DNA from: a virus
DNA length: 64,000 bases
Reading direction: 5' to 3' (one strand)
IMG/VR virus record: IMGVR_UViG_3300045256_000294
Location: 72,953-136,952 of that record
The notes under the pieces were generated by a model, which was given only the letters and a program-made list of their open reading frames with translations, made no database searches and had not been told where the DNA came from. Within the stretch, counting starts at the first letter, position 1. Every line of letters begins with the position of its first letter. Of this stretch, positions 20,397 through 30,270 are shown piece after piece. A program made the translations under genes and the position numbers.

Positions 20397-20418
20397 ATCT
20401 AGACAGGAGAACATCTAT

Positions 20419-20680
20419 ATGGTTGACAAAGTTTGTTCCGCGTGTCTGGTACCGAAGGCTCTAACCGAATCCCATCGCTTGTTGTGAAGCGTCTCAGTAC
20501 GAATTTCTGTCGATAGACAATACCGATGGCGGGGGGTATGACCATCGTCGTAAGATCGGGGGCGGTGGGCGAATATACAGTTGGCTGATTTCGAACGATT
20601 TTCATAACGGCTTCAGAACACTGTGCCACAACTGTAATATGGCGTGCGGACTGTACGGTCACTGCCCGTATGATTCCTAA
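20419..20680 (+). pseudogene. Internally deleted HNH endonuclease remnant
   Basis: RBS then MVDKVCSAC; out-of-frame C-terminus FLSIDNTDGGG..RTLCHNCNMACGLYGHCP. Confidence 0.65.
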
Positions 20681-20718
20681 AGCCGATCAACCGGGCTGGC
20701 GACCTCTGGGGGTAAACC

Positions 20719-21318
20719 ATGCGGCCACCACGTAAGTCTAAGCTGGATACCTTCTTCAAGGGTCCCGCTATCGACTCCTACACGATCGACCGGATCAAGC
20801 ACGTCTCGAACACCGAGGTCGTCCGGCGTCTGCTCATCAAGTATTTCATGGACAAGGGGTTCACAGAGTCTTTCGACCGCCAGATGTACCCGGCTCTGAT
20901 CCAAGACCTTCCGAACGTGATCCCGGTCCTGTCGCCAAAGCTGGAGATTGTGCCGCACGCGAACGAAATCGACACATCACAGGGCCGGGCCGTCCTTGGC
21001 TGGAACCTGTTCGTGCTTGGCAACCAGCGGATGTACCTGGGCGAGACATACCACAACTCTCTACATGATCTAGCTCGCCAGATCCGCACGGGTGTGATCC
21101 GCGTCCCTGAGTCTGGCTTCCACACGGCCCGTCGGCAGACGACGCCACGGCGGGTCATCTCGTTCATCACGCGGGTACTCGGAACGCACGAGGCGGGCTA
21201 CGTGGACCTGAACCCCGGCACGCGGCCTATCCGGGCTCCAGGCGAACCGTACGCTGCCAAGCAGACGCTGGCGGGTATGCCGCAGCAGTTCTTCAGCCGC
21301 AGCGGTTTTGGGACCTAG
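20719..21318 (+). CDS. Hypothetical protein
   Basis: 199-codon ORF with typical codon usage. Confidence 0.7.
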   Translation: MRPPRKSKLDTFFKGPAIDSYTIDRIKHVSNTEVVRRLLIKYFMDKGFTESFDRQMYPALIQDLPNVIPVLSPKLEIVPHANEIDTSQGRAVLGWNLFVLGNQRMYLGETYHNSLHDLARQIRTGVIRVPESGFHTARRQTTPRRVISFITRVLGTHEAGYVDLNPGTRPIRAPGEPYAAKQTLAGMPQQFFSRSGFGT

Positions 21319-21447
21319 AATTGGCAAGAGAATCATATCGTGCTGGTGAACCTCGCTAAAGGGAAGTTCTCAAACGACGAAATCCGGACCGTTCTGACGA
21401 GATTTGCCATCCACCATTGCTACGGAACGTAAGGGTGTTGTTGTGAT

Positions 21448-21812
21448 ATGCAGACTAGAACGATCCTGGCGATCATCGCCAATGAACTCAGCGAACTTGG
21501 GTTTGATGTCGCTTCCAGATTAGACGGATATGGAGGGCGAGAGTTTTCGTGCTAGTTGGTAGTAATCCGTATTTTTACAAACGCCATATGTCAGATCCAG
21601 CTGGCCTAGATGAACTAATCAGACGCCTCTCGCTGCCGAGATGAACGTCATGGGCTAGCCATCCACCTGGAAAGAGCAAGATTTATAATGACCGACAGGC
21701 TCGCCACAGCAGGGGGTGATTACTGGACTTTTGAACTGGCCGACCTGGATTGTATTGAGAAGGTCGTCGGTCTGTTCAAGAGGATGTTCCCCCTACCACA
21801 AGTGAGGAAATG
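21448..21812 (+). pseudogene. Two consecutive 'LADP' family remnants
   Basis: MQTRTILAIIANELSELGF (broken frame) ..HMSDPAGLDELI; then ..WTFELADLDCIEKVVGLF. Confidence 0.5.
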
Positions 21813-22610
21813 ATGGCAACTACCCGGCTACTGTCGGCAGAGGACATTTACGACGTCTACGGTCTTGAATGGGTGCTCAAAGCCCGCCAGGGGCAGGACC
21901 TGGACGCGGAAGATCGCTCCATGATCTCGTTCCGTCTACAGGAAATCCGCAACATCTACGTTGCCGCCTGCAAGTCTCGTATCCGGGCTGAAGCACGGTT
22001 CCTGGGGATCGACCTGGAAGGCGACACCTTCTCGTTCGAGTACGTCCTCAAGGAAATCAAGAACAACATCGGCAAGGCGATGGAGCAGAACGCCGAGAAG
22101 ATGATGCGGGGTGGCGGCTTCAACCTGATGGGCCACATCCTGAACGCCCACAAAGCGGCCGGTGCCGACCTGACCGGTATCGACACGGCCCGTTTCGGGG
22201 TGGGGGCGGCAACTGCCCCGCCGCCTAAGAAGGACGTGGACCCGAACTGGTTCATGGACACCAAGAAGCACGGCGGGCGGGTGTGGGAAGACCCGCGATG
22301 GGCGGAAATCGCCAAGGCGTTCGTGGCGATCGAGGAAGCCCACGGAGACGACGAGATCATCCGGTCGATCGACCGCATCAACCAACTGCAACACAACTCC
22401 TTCCATGTCCTGATCGACCTGCAGACCGGACGGATGCTGACCGACTACACCAACCAGACCGACGACCGCGAGGCCCGAAAGCGTCTCCAGGAGGTCCTCA
22501 ACATGAAACTGGAAGCCACCAGTGTCGAGGACTTCAAGGACCGCATGTCCGCCGATGTCCGGAAACTCCTGCGCAAGTACCGCGGCTCAACCACACGGGT
22601 GGCGAAGTGA
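21810..22610 (+). CDS. Hypothetical protein
   Basis: GAGG RBS; 266 codons; strong codon bias. Confidence 0.75.
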   Translation: MMATTRLLSAEDIYDVYGLEWVLKARQGQDLDAEDRSMISFRLQEIRNIYVAACKSRIRAEARFLGIDLEGDTFSFEYVLKEIKNNIGKAMEQNAEKMMRGGGFNLMGHILNAHKAAGADLTGIDTARFGVGAATAPPPKKDVDPNWFMDTKKHGGRVWEDPRWAEIAKAFVAIEEAHGDDEIIRSIDRINQLQHNSFHVLIDLQTGRMLTDYTNQTDDREARKRLQEVLNMKLEATSVEDFKDRMSADVRKLLRKYRGSTTRVAK

Positions 22611-22900
22611 CAGACGCAGTGAAAAAGGTTCTCGACAAGAACTACGCCAAGTGGAAAGTGTCACCTGGGGGTGTGGTAGTGGTCCTATCCCACCCCTGGT
22701 CGTACACCAACACCAGAATCCACGTCAATTGTGACGCTTTCGCAAGGTCCAGAGTGACGAGATTCTTCTGTTCCCACCAGATTATCCGGACGACCCTGAG
22801 TTGATTCGTATCAGCGATCTAGCTGACTCAAAGCTATACCACAAGGTCCTTGGTTATTTCAAGAAGCCACCAACATCTGTACTCACACTCCATTTAATAT
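22607..22900 (+). pseudogene. Frameshifted 'LADP'-like remnant
   Basis: GTG overlapping the upstream stop; after a frame change reads IRISDLADSKLYHKVLGYF. Confidence 0.4.
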
Positions 22901-22962
22901 TCGTCAGGATCAAACATTTCAAGGTACTTAACGAGCACGCCCGCCATCAACAGGGGCTCAAC

Positions 22963-23322
22963 ATGCCTAATTGGAATCTCTCGGCGACAATCGCTTTCAG
23001 GAGTGGCCAGTGGACCTCGATTGAACTGGTCAAGGACGAACTTGGCTTCCGTTCGTCCGGCCCGGTTGGGATGCTCGCCCTGCCGGAATTCTGTGAAATG
23101 GTCGAGCAACTTGGCCTCAAGGCTCACGGCTACTTCTCTTCCAAGAAAGTGAAGATGGTCGTCTACCGGCTGAGTATCCAGGACGGGAAGGATGTGCTGA
23201 TGGTATCTGGTGGAACCATGGGGCACAACAAGTTCGGGAAGCATCACCTTGGCAAGATCATGTTCCACGATGACGACTTCTGCGGTAGTCTACCAGTCGT
23301 GTGCGAAGCGGGATCGTCCTGA
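22963..23322 (+). CDS. Hypothetical protein
   Basis: AGGGG RBS before ATG 22963. Confidence 0.55.
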   Translation: MPNWNLSATIAFRSGQWTSIELVKDELGFRSSGPVGMLALPEFCEMVEQLGLKAHGYFSSKKVKMVVYRLSIQDGKDVLMVSGGTMGHNKFGKHHLGKIMFHDDDFCGSLPVVCEAGSS

Positions 23323-23555
23323 CGTGTCTTCTCAACAAGAGGAGACAACCATGGGCTGTCTGGCGACGCCGATTTCCAAAGAATAGTTCGAGGAGCCACC
23401 GAAGTGTGCTGCCATCGGCGTGGTGGCGGAGGATGTAGCAGGAGTGTTCATTAGGCCACGACGTGTGGACCTTCTCGAAGTCCTAGAATCCTTCCACAAA
23501 CAGGCCGATGGTAGTATTCGTAATGTGTATCCTCCGATAGAACAACACCCGACCG

Positions 23556-23696
23556 TCACTTCTTCTTGTCGGCCACCTTCTTCACCGCGGGCTTCTTGGC
23601 TGGTGCTTTGGCCGCGGACTTCTTCGCGACTGGCTTCTTGGTAGGGGCCTTGGTGACCAGCTTCTTCGACACAGCCGGTTTCTTCGACGTAGCCAT
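23556..23696 (-). CDS. Histone H1-like Lys/Ala/Pro-rich 46-aa peptide
   Basis: GAGG RBS; MATSKKPAVSKKLVTKAPTKKPVAKKSAAKAPAKKPAVKKVADKKK; too short for the ORF track. Confidence 0.8.
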   Translation of the reverse strand: MATSKKPAVSKKLVTKAPTKKPVAKKSAAKAPAKKPAVKKVADKKK

Positions 23697-23815
23697 CAGT
23701 GCACATCCTCAACAGGGGACAAAGGGTTCAGGCGGGCAGTCAACAGCCCGCCTACGTACGCTTCGGAATCTCACAGACTGAAACATACGGTGCAGACATC
23801 AGCCGAGGGACCCCT

Positions 23816-24571
23816 ATGCGACTAACTGAGCTACACCGATTCCAGTCGCCGTTTCTTGACGGAATCATTGCCTTGTACCACACCGAAAGTGCGGTCAGCG
23901 AAGAAACTCGTCAACTATCATGGCCACAGGAATGGGCTGACGAAGTAATACGGAGTCCTCGCTTCCAACGCTGGATGGAGTCCCTGGGGGTGACCGGACC
24001 GATCGGTAAACCCATGCAGGGCGGCGTTGGCCGAGCCTACCCTGTAGGCAAGAACCATATCGTCAAATTCACCACCGACCAGAAAGAAGCCCAGGCAGCG
24101 GCCATCCTCAAAGGTCACGACTCGCCGCACGCAGCCGACATCTACGGCGTCCACCGGATCAACAGTTTCGACCACAACGGCAGGCGGGTCAACCTGTTCG
24201 CTATTGTCATGCAGCGGCTGAACACGGGAGTGGGTGCGAGGATGAGAGCAGCCGGTAACGCCGTCTACCAGTATCTCGATGATAACAGTGGTTTCATCGA
24301 AGACGTGGATGCCGTCATCAACGTCGTGATGGCCAAGTATGTGGACCCGAAGCTGCGGGCTGATGACGGGATGAAGTTCGCAGTGACGAAGGTGGTGAAC
24401 GCCCTACATGACGTGCAGAAGAGGACGGGTGTGCTGTCCCAGGATCCTCACGGCGGAAACGTGGCCTTCAAGGGTCGGGAGCCTGCCTTCTTCGACTTCG
24501 GGCGGTCCAGTGTGAACTATGACCACCCGAAGTCAAAGGGTGCCCGAATCACGGCTCTCCCAGAGTCGTGA
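23816..24571 (+). CDS. Protein-kinase-like fold protein
   Basis: GGVGRAY G-loop, IVKFT lysine, QDPHGGNV catalytic loop, FFDFG; start MRLTELH. Confidence 0.75.
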   Translation: MRLTELHRFQSPFLDGIIALYHTESAVSEETRQLSWPQEWADEVIRSPRFQRWMESLGVTGPIGKPMQGGVGRAYPVGKNHIVKFTTDQKEAQAAAILKGHDSPHAADIYGVHRINSFDHNGRRVNLFAIVMQRLNTGVGARMRAAGNAVYQYLDDNSGFIEDVDAVINVVMAKYVDPKLRADDGMKFAVTKVVNALHDVQKRTGVLSQDPHGGNVAFKGREPAFFDFGRSSVNYDHPKSKGARITALPES

Positions 24572-24818
24572 TCTTGGCTTCTGGCAGTAGCAAGTCTTTG
24601 TCCTTCCAATAACGTTGGTCCACCCCAGCCGTCTGCATCAGGACTTTCCAGGCGGCTCGCTGATTCTTGGGGACCATGCCGTAGCTGTCCAAGGCAATCC
24701 CATATGGGGCCAGTTTTGGGTTCAGTTCAGCGGGGTTCTGGTGCTGGACAATCACCCGATAGGAGGTCCCGGTGGGGACTCCAAGGTACAGGTCCAGCTT
24801 TTCGAGGTCGTGGGGCAT
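24549..24818 (-). CDS. Hypothetical protein
   Basis: 89-codon ORF downstream of the sigma-like gene. Confidence 0.55.
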   Translation of the reverse strand: MPHDLEKLDLYLGVPTGTSYRVIVQHQNPAELNPKLAPYGIALDSYGMVPKNQRAAWKVLMQTAGVDQRYWKDKDLLLPEAKITTLGEP

Positions 24819-24882
24819 GATCGTTTCAATGCAGCACCGCCCGCGGAGAGGTCACAGCGGGCGGTAGCATTGTAGCAGGTTG

Positions 24883-26319
24883 TTAATTCGGCACGAAGTC
24901 GTTGTAGTGCATGTGGACGCTGATCGTCTTCTTGTGGACGTTCACCGCTCGCGTGGTGATGCCCAGGAATTCGGCGATGTGGTTGATCTTGGGCGGACCG
25001 TCGCCGTACTTAGTGGTGAACCGGACGGAGATTTCGCCCTGGCCGGACAGGATGTCGAACACGTCTTTGCAGTGGCCGTCGGGGATGGCGTCCCGGATGG
25101 CACGCATCGCTTCCGAGTTGTCCACGATGTCCACGTGGTTATCCGGATCCATACGCTCTCCTCCGATGGTTCGGTGGCTGATCTGGGAAATCGTGAAGTC
25201 GCTGCTGTCCTGCTCTTCGGTCGGGTTGGCGAAGTTGTCCATCACACTGACGTGTTCCGGACGGTAGACCTTCACCTGAAACTGCTGCAGGAGCTTGCCG
25301 CCCTTCGGCGGTTCTTGCATCTGAGCGATGATCCACTCGCTCTTGTTCTTACCCGCGGGCAACCACTCTTGATAGAGGGGCATCGGGGTAGCGTCGGGGT
25401 TGACCACTACTTCGATTGTCTGTTCGGTGGCCCGGATAAGTACGCCGTACAATTCGCCTTTGGCCTTGAGTCTGGCGAATTCGGCGGTGAACTCCGGCGG
25501 GGTGGTCAGGCCGCAAATCTTGATGTTGTAGGCCCCGTTCTCCGGCTCGATCCGCTCGCAGTAGTTGTAGTCAACCTCCATTTGGTTGCACAAGCTCAGG
25601 ATTTCCTGAGTGAGCAGCCAGTCGGTGTTGCCGACGATCCCCTGCGGCTCCTTGTTGTGTTCTTTCCGCTTATTTTCGTTGATCTGTTGGCGGAAGTAGT
25701 TCCACACGAACTCGCCGAAGAATTTCCGCAGTTGCTTGTCGTCATCGACGATGGCTTGCGGGTTCTCGTACTTCTTGGCCCCGGCGATCGCGAAGATGGT
25801 GGACTTGTAGGTCGGGGCGGCGAAGCCGTCCGGCATGTCCGCGTAGCTGGCCTGGAAGTCCTCGATGGTGATGTACTTGTCGTTGTTCCGTACCCGTTGC
25901 TGCAGAGCCTCGATGTCGCCGGGGGAGTCGATTTCGACGCACCGGCAGTTCGGACAAGGGGTCTGGATGCGGTCGATGGCTTTGGGCTTGGCCCGCTTGG
26001 TCGTATAGGTGGCGGAGCCGCAGGCCCGGCACTCGAAGGTGTACTTGCGGTGGTAGAAAAGGTCCACGACACCCCGCCAGATGGCGACCCGCAGTTCTTG
26101 CTCGGCGATCTCCCGGTCATCGGCGTAGTCCGCCGCGATGGTGACCGAGAGTTCCTTCATGAACTTGATCTTGTGCCGCTGCATGTCCGGGTGGGCGGAG
26201 ATCCTCCGCACGAGTCCCTCGATATGTTCCCGCTGGTCGGCGGTGAGACCCTTCATGGTGATATTGGCGAGGGAGCCACGAAGGTACAGTTCGGGCATCT
26301 GTCGAACGTTAGCCATCAC
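24883..26319 (-). CDS. Large sigma70-like transcription factor with a Zn-ribbon insertion
   Basis: Region-2-like AEQELRVAIWRG / FVWNYFRQ interrupted by CRAC..CPNC; region-4-like HTH INHIAEFLGITTRAVNVHKKTI. Confidence 0.65.
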   Translation of the reverse strand: MMANVRQMPELYLRGSLANITMKGLTADQREHIEGLVRRISAHPDMQRHKIKFMKELSVTIAADYADDREIAEQELRVAIWRGVVDLFYHRKYTFECRACGSATYTTKRAKPKAIDRIQTPCPNCRCVEIDSPGDIEALQQRVRNNDKYITIEDFQASYADMPDGFAAPTYKSTIFAIAGAKKYENPQAIVDDDKQLRKFFGEFVWNYFRQQINENKRKEHNKEPQGIVGNTDWLLTQEILSLCNQMEVDYNYCERIEPENGAYNIKICGLTTPPEFTAEFARLKAKGELYGVLIRATEQTIEVVVNPDATPMPLYQEWLPAGKNKSEWIIAQMQEPPKGGKLLQQFQVKVYRPEHVSVMDNFANPTEEQDSSDFTISQISHRTIGGERMDPDNHVDIVDNSEAMRAIRDAIPDGHCKDVFDILSGQGEISVRFTTKYGDGPPKINHIAEFLGITTRAVNVHKKTISVHMHYNDFVPN

Positions 26320-26470
26320 TCAGAACTCCTGGTAGGTTGCGATTTATTAGCCACTTGAACGTTATACCGGTCTTAGGGATACCATGAACGTTTACGGGAC
26401 ATTCATTGTATTGGGTCCGGCTAGTGCGACCCACCCTATTCACCCCGATATCTGTGGCAAGGGAACCGTC

Positions 26471-27256
26471 ATGGCTCAATATTGCGATTCCCAGAAGCTA
26501 GAGCGGAACTGGTTCCACTGGCTCCTGTCGTCGCGGGTGCCCACCCTCGAACACTATCGGAGTATCGGACTCCTCTGGACCAAGGTCATCGGAGTGGTCA
26601 CCGACGATGAAGGTTCTCCACTCCATCGTCACGGGAAGGTCCTCCCCGATCCCTCTTATCCAGTCCGGGCTCACTGCATCGCTCTCGCGACCCCCATCTA
26701 CTTCAACAGTCACGACGGGCAAGTACAGTCAACCGGTACCGTGTTCCAGGATGGCAAGCCATTGCGTCAGGCTCTGCCGCCAACCGAGATCCTGAACCTC
26801 CTTTCTGACGACTCGTTGCACCGTCTAGGGGACCCCCTGGTGCAACTAACCAAGGTCATCCCCAGCCTACAAAGCAAGGGGTACATCCGCGAGATGTCCA
26901 CGAACACGACTTGGCACGCCATGCTGGAAGATGTTAACCGCATCTGCCACGGCATCGCGATGAAATTCAAGCCGAGGAACGAGGACGAGCACGCGGAACT
27001 GACCAACGAAGCCGTCTACCAAGTGATGAAGAAGCTGGCTGAGTACAAGCTGGTGTACACTCCCGGCCGGGCACCGGTCTTCAACCTGCTGACAACCACC
27101 ATCCACCGTGTTCTCTACTCCGTGATGAACAAGCGGAAGCACCAGCGGGAAGGGCTTGGCCGAATCCTGGCCGAAGCCGAGGCCGGCACCCTTCCGGAAA
27201 CTCATCGCAGCTTGCGAGTGCAGAGCGGTCATCGCCGAACCATTAGAACACGGTGA
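26471..27256 (+). CDS. gp55-like late sigma factor
   Basis: RICHGIAMKF..AELTNEAV..PVFNLLTTTIHR..KRKHQ resembles the T4 gp55 core; carries an N-terminal insertion. Confidence 0.55.
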   Translation: MAQYCDSQKLERNWFHWLLSSRVPTLEHYRSIGLLWTKVIGVVTDDEGSPLHRHGKVLPDPSYPVRAHCIALATPIYFNSHDGQVQSTGTVFQDGKPLRQALPPTEILNLLSDDSLHRLGDPLVQLTKVIPSLQSKGYIREMSTNTTWHAMLEDVNRICHGIAMKFKPRNEDEHAELTNEAVYQVMKKLAEYKLVYTPGRAPVFNLLTTTIHRVLYSVMNKRKHQREGLGRILAEAEAGTLPETHRSLRVQSGHRRTIRTR

Positions 27257-27552
27257 TTCTGGCCTGTCAAGGTCGGTAGCCACCACCGTTCAAACACTTT
27301 CGGCCAATCTTCGCCATGTCGGCATTCCTGGTGTGGTAGGATTAGCCATATCAATAAAACACATCGGCACGTATTTGAAACACATTGTGTATATCGAAAG
27401 GTTCGCCGCCTAAGCTTGTTCAGGCTCTTATCAGGACGTCCCGATCACCATGTCTTGAACGCCAATCGTCGTTTTAGTGTCAATGTATTAAAAGCTAACG
27501 GGTATCGGGAGTACCGTACCAGTGTCGTGCGACTCCACAACTGCAGGTAATC

Positions 27553-27828
27553 ATGACCACGTCCGACCCGCGTTTGCGGAAAGTCAGGACTCCTTTGGCC
27601 AGCCCGGAGGCCCGCAAGTTACTTAAAGACCACAAGGAAGCTATCGTCATCACCGTCAATCCGGACATGAAGGGTGACGGCGAAGTTAACTTGGCGGTCT
27701 ACACCAAGCTGGCCAACGAGGGGGGCGTGTTAGCCACCTACCTCGAACAGGTTTTGAAGAACCTGATGCGGACACGAAATGACAAACAAGCACATCGTAC
27801 GGGCAAAGCCGCCCCAACTGGTGCGTAA
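27553..27828 (+). CDS. Hypothetical protein
   Basis: 91 codons overlapping the next gene. Confidence 0.55.
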   Translation: MTTSDPRLRKVRTPLASPEARKLLKDHKEAIVITVNPDMKGDGEVNLAVYTKLANEGGVLATYLEQVLKNLMRTRNDKQAHRTGKAAPTGA

Positions 27829-29827
27829 GCGGATCCAAGTGGTCTTGCCGAAGAACGTCTCTGTCGTCATCAAACCCAGCCGAGCCCAGGTTGTCAACCT
27901 CAAAGACCTGAGGAAACAGGTCCCACAACCGGCGAAGCCTATACCACAGCCCAAAGTAGAACCGGCCCAACCACAGAATCTGGCAATGCCGGCGGCCGCG
28001 ATCGCCCGACAAAAGCTCATCAAGAGTCGGCGATCGCAACAGGGACGTAAGAAAACCGAAGTCAAGTACGTCAGCCGGGACATCAACCCCGAATCTATCA
28101 ACCGCATCGCATTGCTACGAAACGCGGGGAGGGGGAAGCTGTTGATAATCGTGGGGAACGGCCCATCCATCCTCGAAGCAGACCTGGGCAGGCTCCGCAA
28201 CAACCCCCGCATCCAGATTCTGACCGTCAACAAGCCCGATGCCCGGCTCTGGCCCACAGACTTCTGGGCCTTCTTCGACTCATCCCAATTCCGACGCCAC
28301 GAAGAATTGTGGAACGGCTACAGTGGCCTCATCTTCAACAGCACCGCCATCAAACGGCAGAAGTCCACCAGTATGCAGTTCAGGAATAAGGGTGGCAAAG
28401 GATGGAGTCGTGACCTACTATCTGGAATCCATATCGGCCGCTCGTCCGTCTACGCCAGCATGCAAATCGCCAGTTGGATGAACCACGAGCACGTCTACAT
28501 CTTCGGGTGCCTGCCAGACGGAGAGAAGATTCTAACTGGCAGGGGTATGGTCGCCATCGATGCCCTAGGGCCACTCGACCAAGTTTATACTACTCAAGGT
28601 TTCAAACAGTTGACAGGATACCAAAGACGCTGGTATGAAGGCACGCTGGTGTCGCTCACCACCAGGATGAATAATATTCCTCTAAATGTTACAGAAGAAC
28701 ATCCAATACTGGTTGAACGTCAAGGACAAGAGTCATTTGTGCGGGCTGGGGATATTGGCGTTGGTGATATAGCAATCTATCCGATTGACCAAAGTGTTGA
28801 AGAGGATCGACATAGCACAGACTTCTGGTGGTTAGTGGGTGTCTACGCTGCTCAAGGATATATTAGACCGGTTCGTGACAAGTACAAATACGCAGTGATG
28901 TGCTTGGGCCGTCACGAAGCTAGTTTCCAGCAAAAAGTCGCTAAGACTGCCGCCCTTTGTCTTGGATGCAGGACCACTGGAGACAAGCGCAATCGCTCGA
29001 CCACCGAGCTTGTCATTAATAACGACTATTTCGGGCGATTCGTTGCCGAACATGTAGGCCGTGGTTCTACTACTAAATTTCTTAGCCCCACAGTGATGCG
29101 GCTTCCCCCCGACAAACAAGCCGCGTTTGTCGCAGGGTATTGTGAGGGTGATGGTTCTCTGTTCGTAAAAAATAAACTCGGCAAACATGAGTGCACATTC
29201 TCTACGGCATCGGAAAGTTTGGCCGAGTGTCTCCAGAAGCTTTTACTCAGATTCGGAGTTATATCGTCTCTGGTGAAATCTAAGCGCCCATCCGGATTTG
29301 ATCGCTCCGGTTGTGGTCAATATGGGGTCCGTTATCATGTCCATGTTATAGGGGCGGTTCTTGACAGCCTTGCCAGTCGTTGTGGATGGACAGTTACCAC
29401 GAGCAAGAAAAGACCTTTATTTGATACTGAGATTTTGGATGGGCGGCTTCGCGTTCGGGTCAGGAGTGTGTCCCACACATCGTACGTTGGTTATGTCAAC
29501 AACATCGAGGTGAAAGGGCCGCACACCTATAGTTCTCGTCTCCTCATGACACACAACTGCGACATGAACCCCGACGGTATCAACGGAAAACTCCACTTCT
29601 ACGGGCAGAACCCAGACGTCGATCAAGAACAGCGGAAGCAACGGTTCGCCAAGGAAGCAGTATTCTACGATCAGGCTGCTGACATCATGACCCCGGACGA
29701 GCGGCTGAAATTCACCTTCTGCTCGGCTTACAACAAATGGCCATTCGTCGAGAAGTATGGGCGTCTGGACCATCGCGAAGCAATTGACCACATCTTGAAA
29801 CATGCTGAGCAGCTAAACAAATCCTGA
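27779..29827 (+). CDS. MAF/MptE/GT42-like (GNGPS) protein with a basic N-terminal extension and an intein
   Basis: LIIVGNGPS, ILTVN, SSVYASMQIASWM, VYIFG|CDM..HFY. Confidence 0.7.
   Translation: MTNKHIVRAKPPQLVRKRIQVVLPKNVSVVIKPSRAQVVNLKDLRKQVPQPAKPIPQPKVEPAQPQNLAMPAAAIARQKLIKSRRSQQGRKKTEVKYVSRDINPESINRIALLRNAGRGKLLIIVGNGPSILEADLGRLRNNPRIQILTVNKPDARLWPTDFWAFFDSSQFRRHEELWNGYSGLIFNSTAIKRQKSTSMQFRNKGGKGWSRDLLSGIHIGRSSVYASMQIASWMNHEHVYIFGCLPDGEKILTGRGMVAIDALGPLDQVYTTQGFKQLTGYQRRWYEGTLVSLTTRMNNIPLNVTEEHPILVERQGQESFVRAGDIGVGDIAIYPIDQSVEEDRHSTDFWWLVGVYAAQGYIRPVRDKYKYAVMCLGRHEASFQQKVAKTAALCLGCRTTGDKRNRSTTELVINNDYFGRFVAEHVGRGSTTKFLSPTVMRLPPDKQAAFVAGYCEGDGSLFVKNKLGKHECTFSTASESLAECLQKLLLRFGVISSLVKSKRPSGFDRSGCGQYGVRYHVHVIGAVLDSLASRCGWTVTTSKKRPLFDTEILDGRLRVRVRSVSHTSYVGYVNNIEVKGPHTYSSRLLMTHNCDMNPDGINGKLHFYGQNPDVDQEQRKQRFAKEAVFYDQAADIMTPDERLKFTFCSAYNKWPFVEKYGRLDHREAIDHILKHAEQLNKS
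28508..29557 (+). mobile_element. LAGLIDADG intein (350 aa)
   Basis: CLPDGEKI..VTEEHPI..FVAGYCEGDG..VNNIEVKGPHTYSSRLLMTHN/C; lower GC. Confidence 0.9.
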
Positions 29828-29886
29828 TACGTATTGTAGAATCCGTATCACAACGCGGGGGGCGGCCGGCAGGCCGTATTGTAGCT

Positions 29887-30270
29887 ATGTCGGCAGTCTA
29901 TGTTGGGTCGAGCCTGCATAACGCCCAGCGAGTCCGAGAGGTCCAACAACGGTTTCGTGATGTAGGGATCGACATCACTTACGACTGGACCACCCACGGT
30001 CAGATCTTCGACGAAGCCCTCCTAGCCGAAGTCGGGGAGCTAGAGGAGAAAGGCGTCCGAGACTGCGACGTCTTTTTCATGCTTCATCCCGCCAGAAATG
30101 GCACTCACTATGAGATGGGCCTCGCTAAGGGGCTCAATAAACTCATCGTGATGGTGGCAGAGCAAGAAGTTGAGAAGAAGACCTTCTACTACACCAGCGG
30201 CATCGTCAAGTTCACCAACCTCGATGAAGCTATCGAATTCGTCAAGCTAACCCTGAGAGAAAGACCATGA
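29887..30270 (+). CDS. Nucleoside 2-deoxyribosyltransferase / dNMP N-glycosidase (NDT/Rcl family)
   Basis: VYVGSS, VRDCD and GTHYEMGLAKGLNK with the catalytic Glu. Confidence 0.8.
   Translation: MSAVYVGSSLHNAQRVREVQQRFRDVGIDITYDWTTHGQIFDEALLAEVGELEEKGVRDCDVFFMLHPARNGTHYEMGLAKGLNKLIVMVAEQEVEKKTFYYTSGIVKFTNLDEAIEFVKLTLRERP

Noticed and set aside
24880-26358. Long antisense ORFs (492 aa here; also 46386-47486 and 49157-49984)
   Set aside because: Shadow frames opposite genes with strong codon bias; no motifs or RBS.
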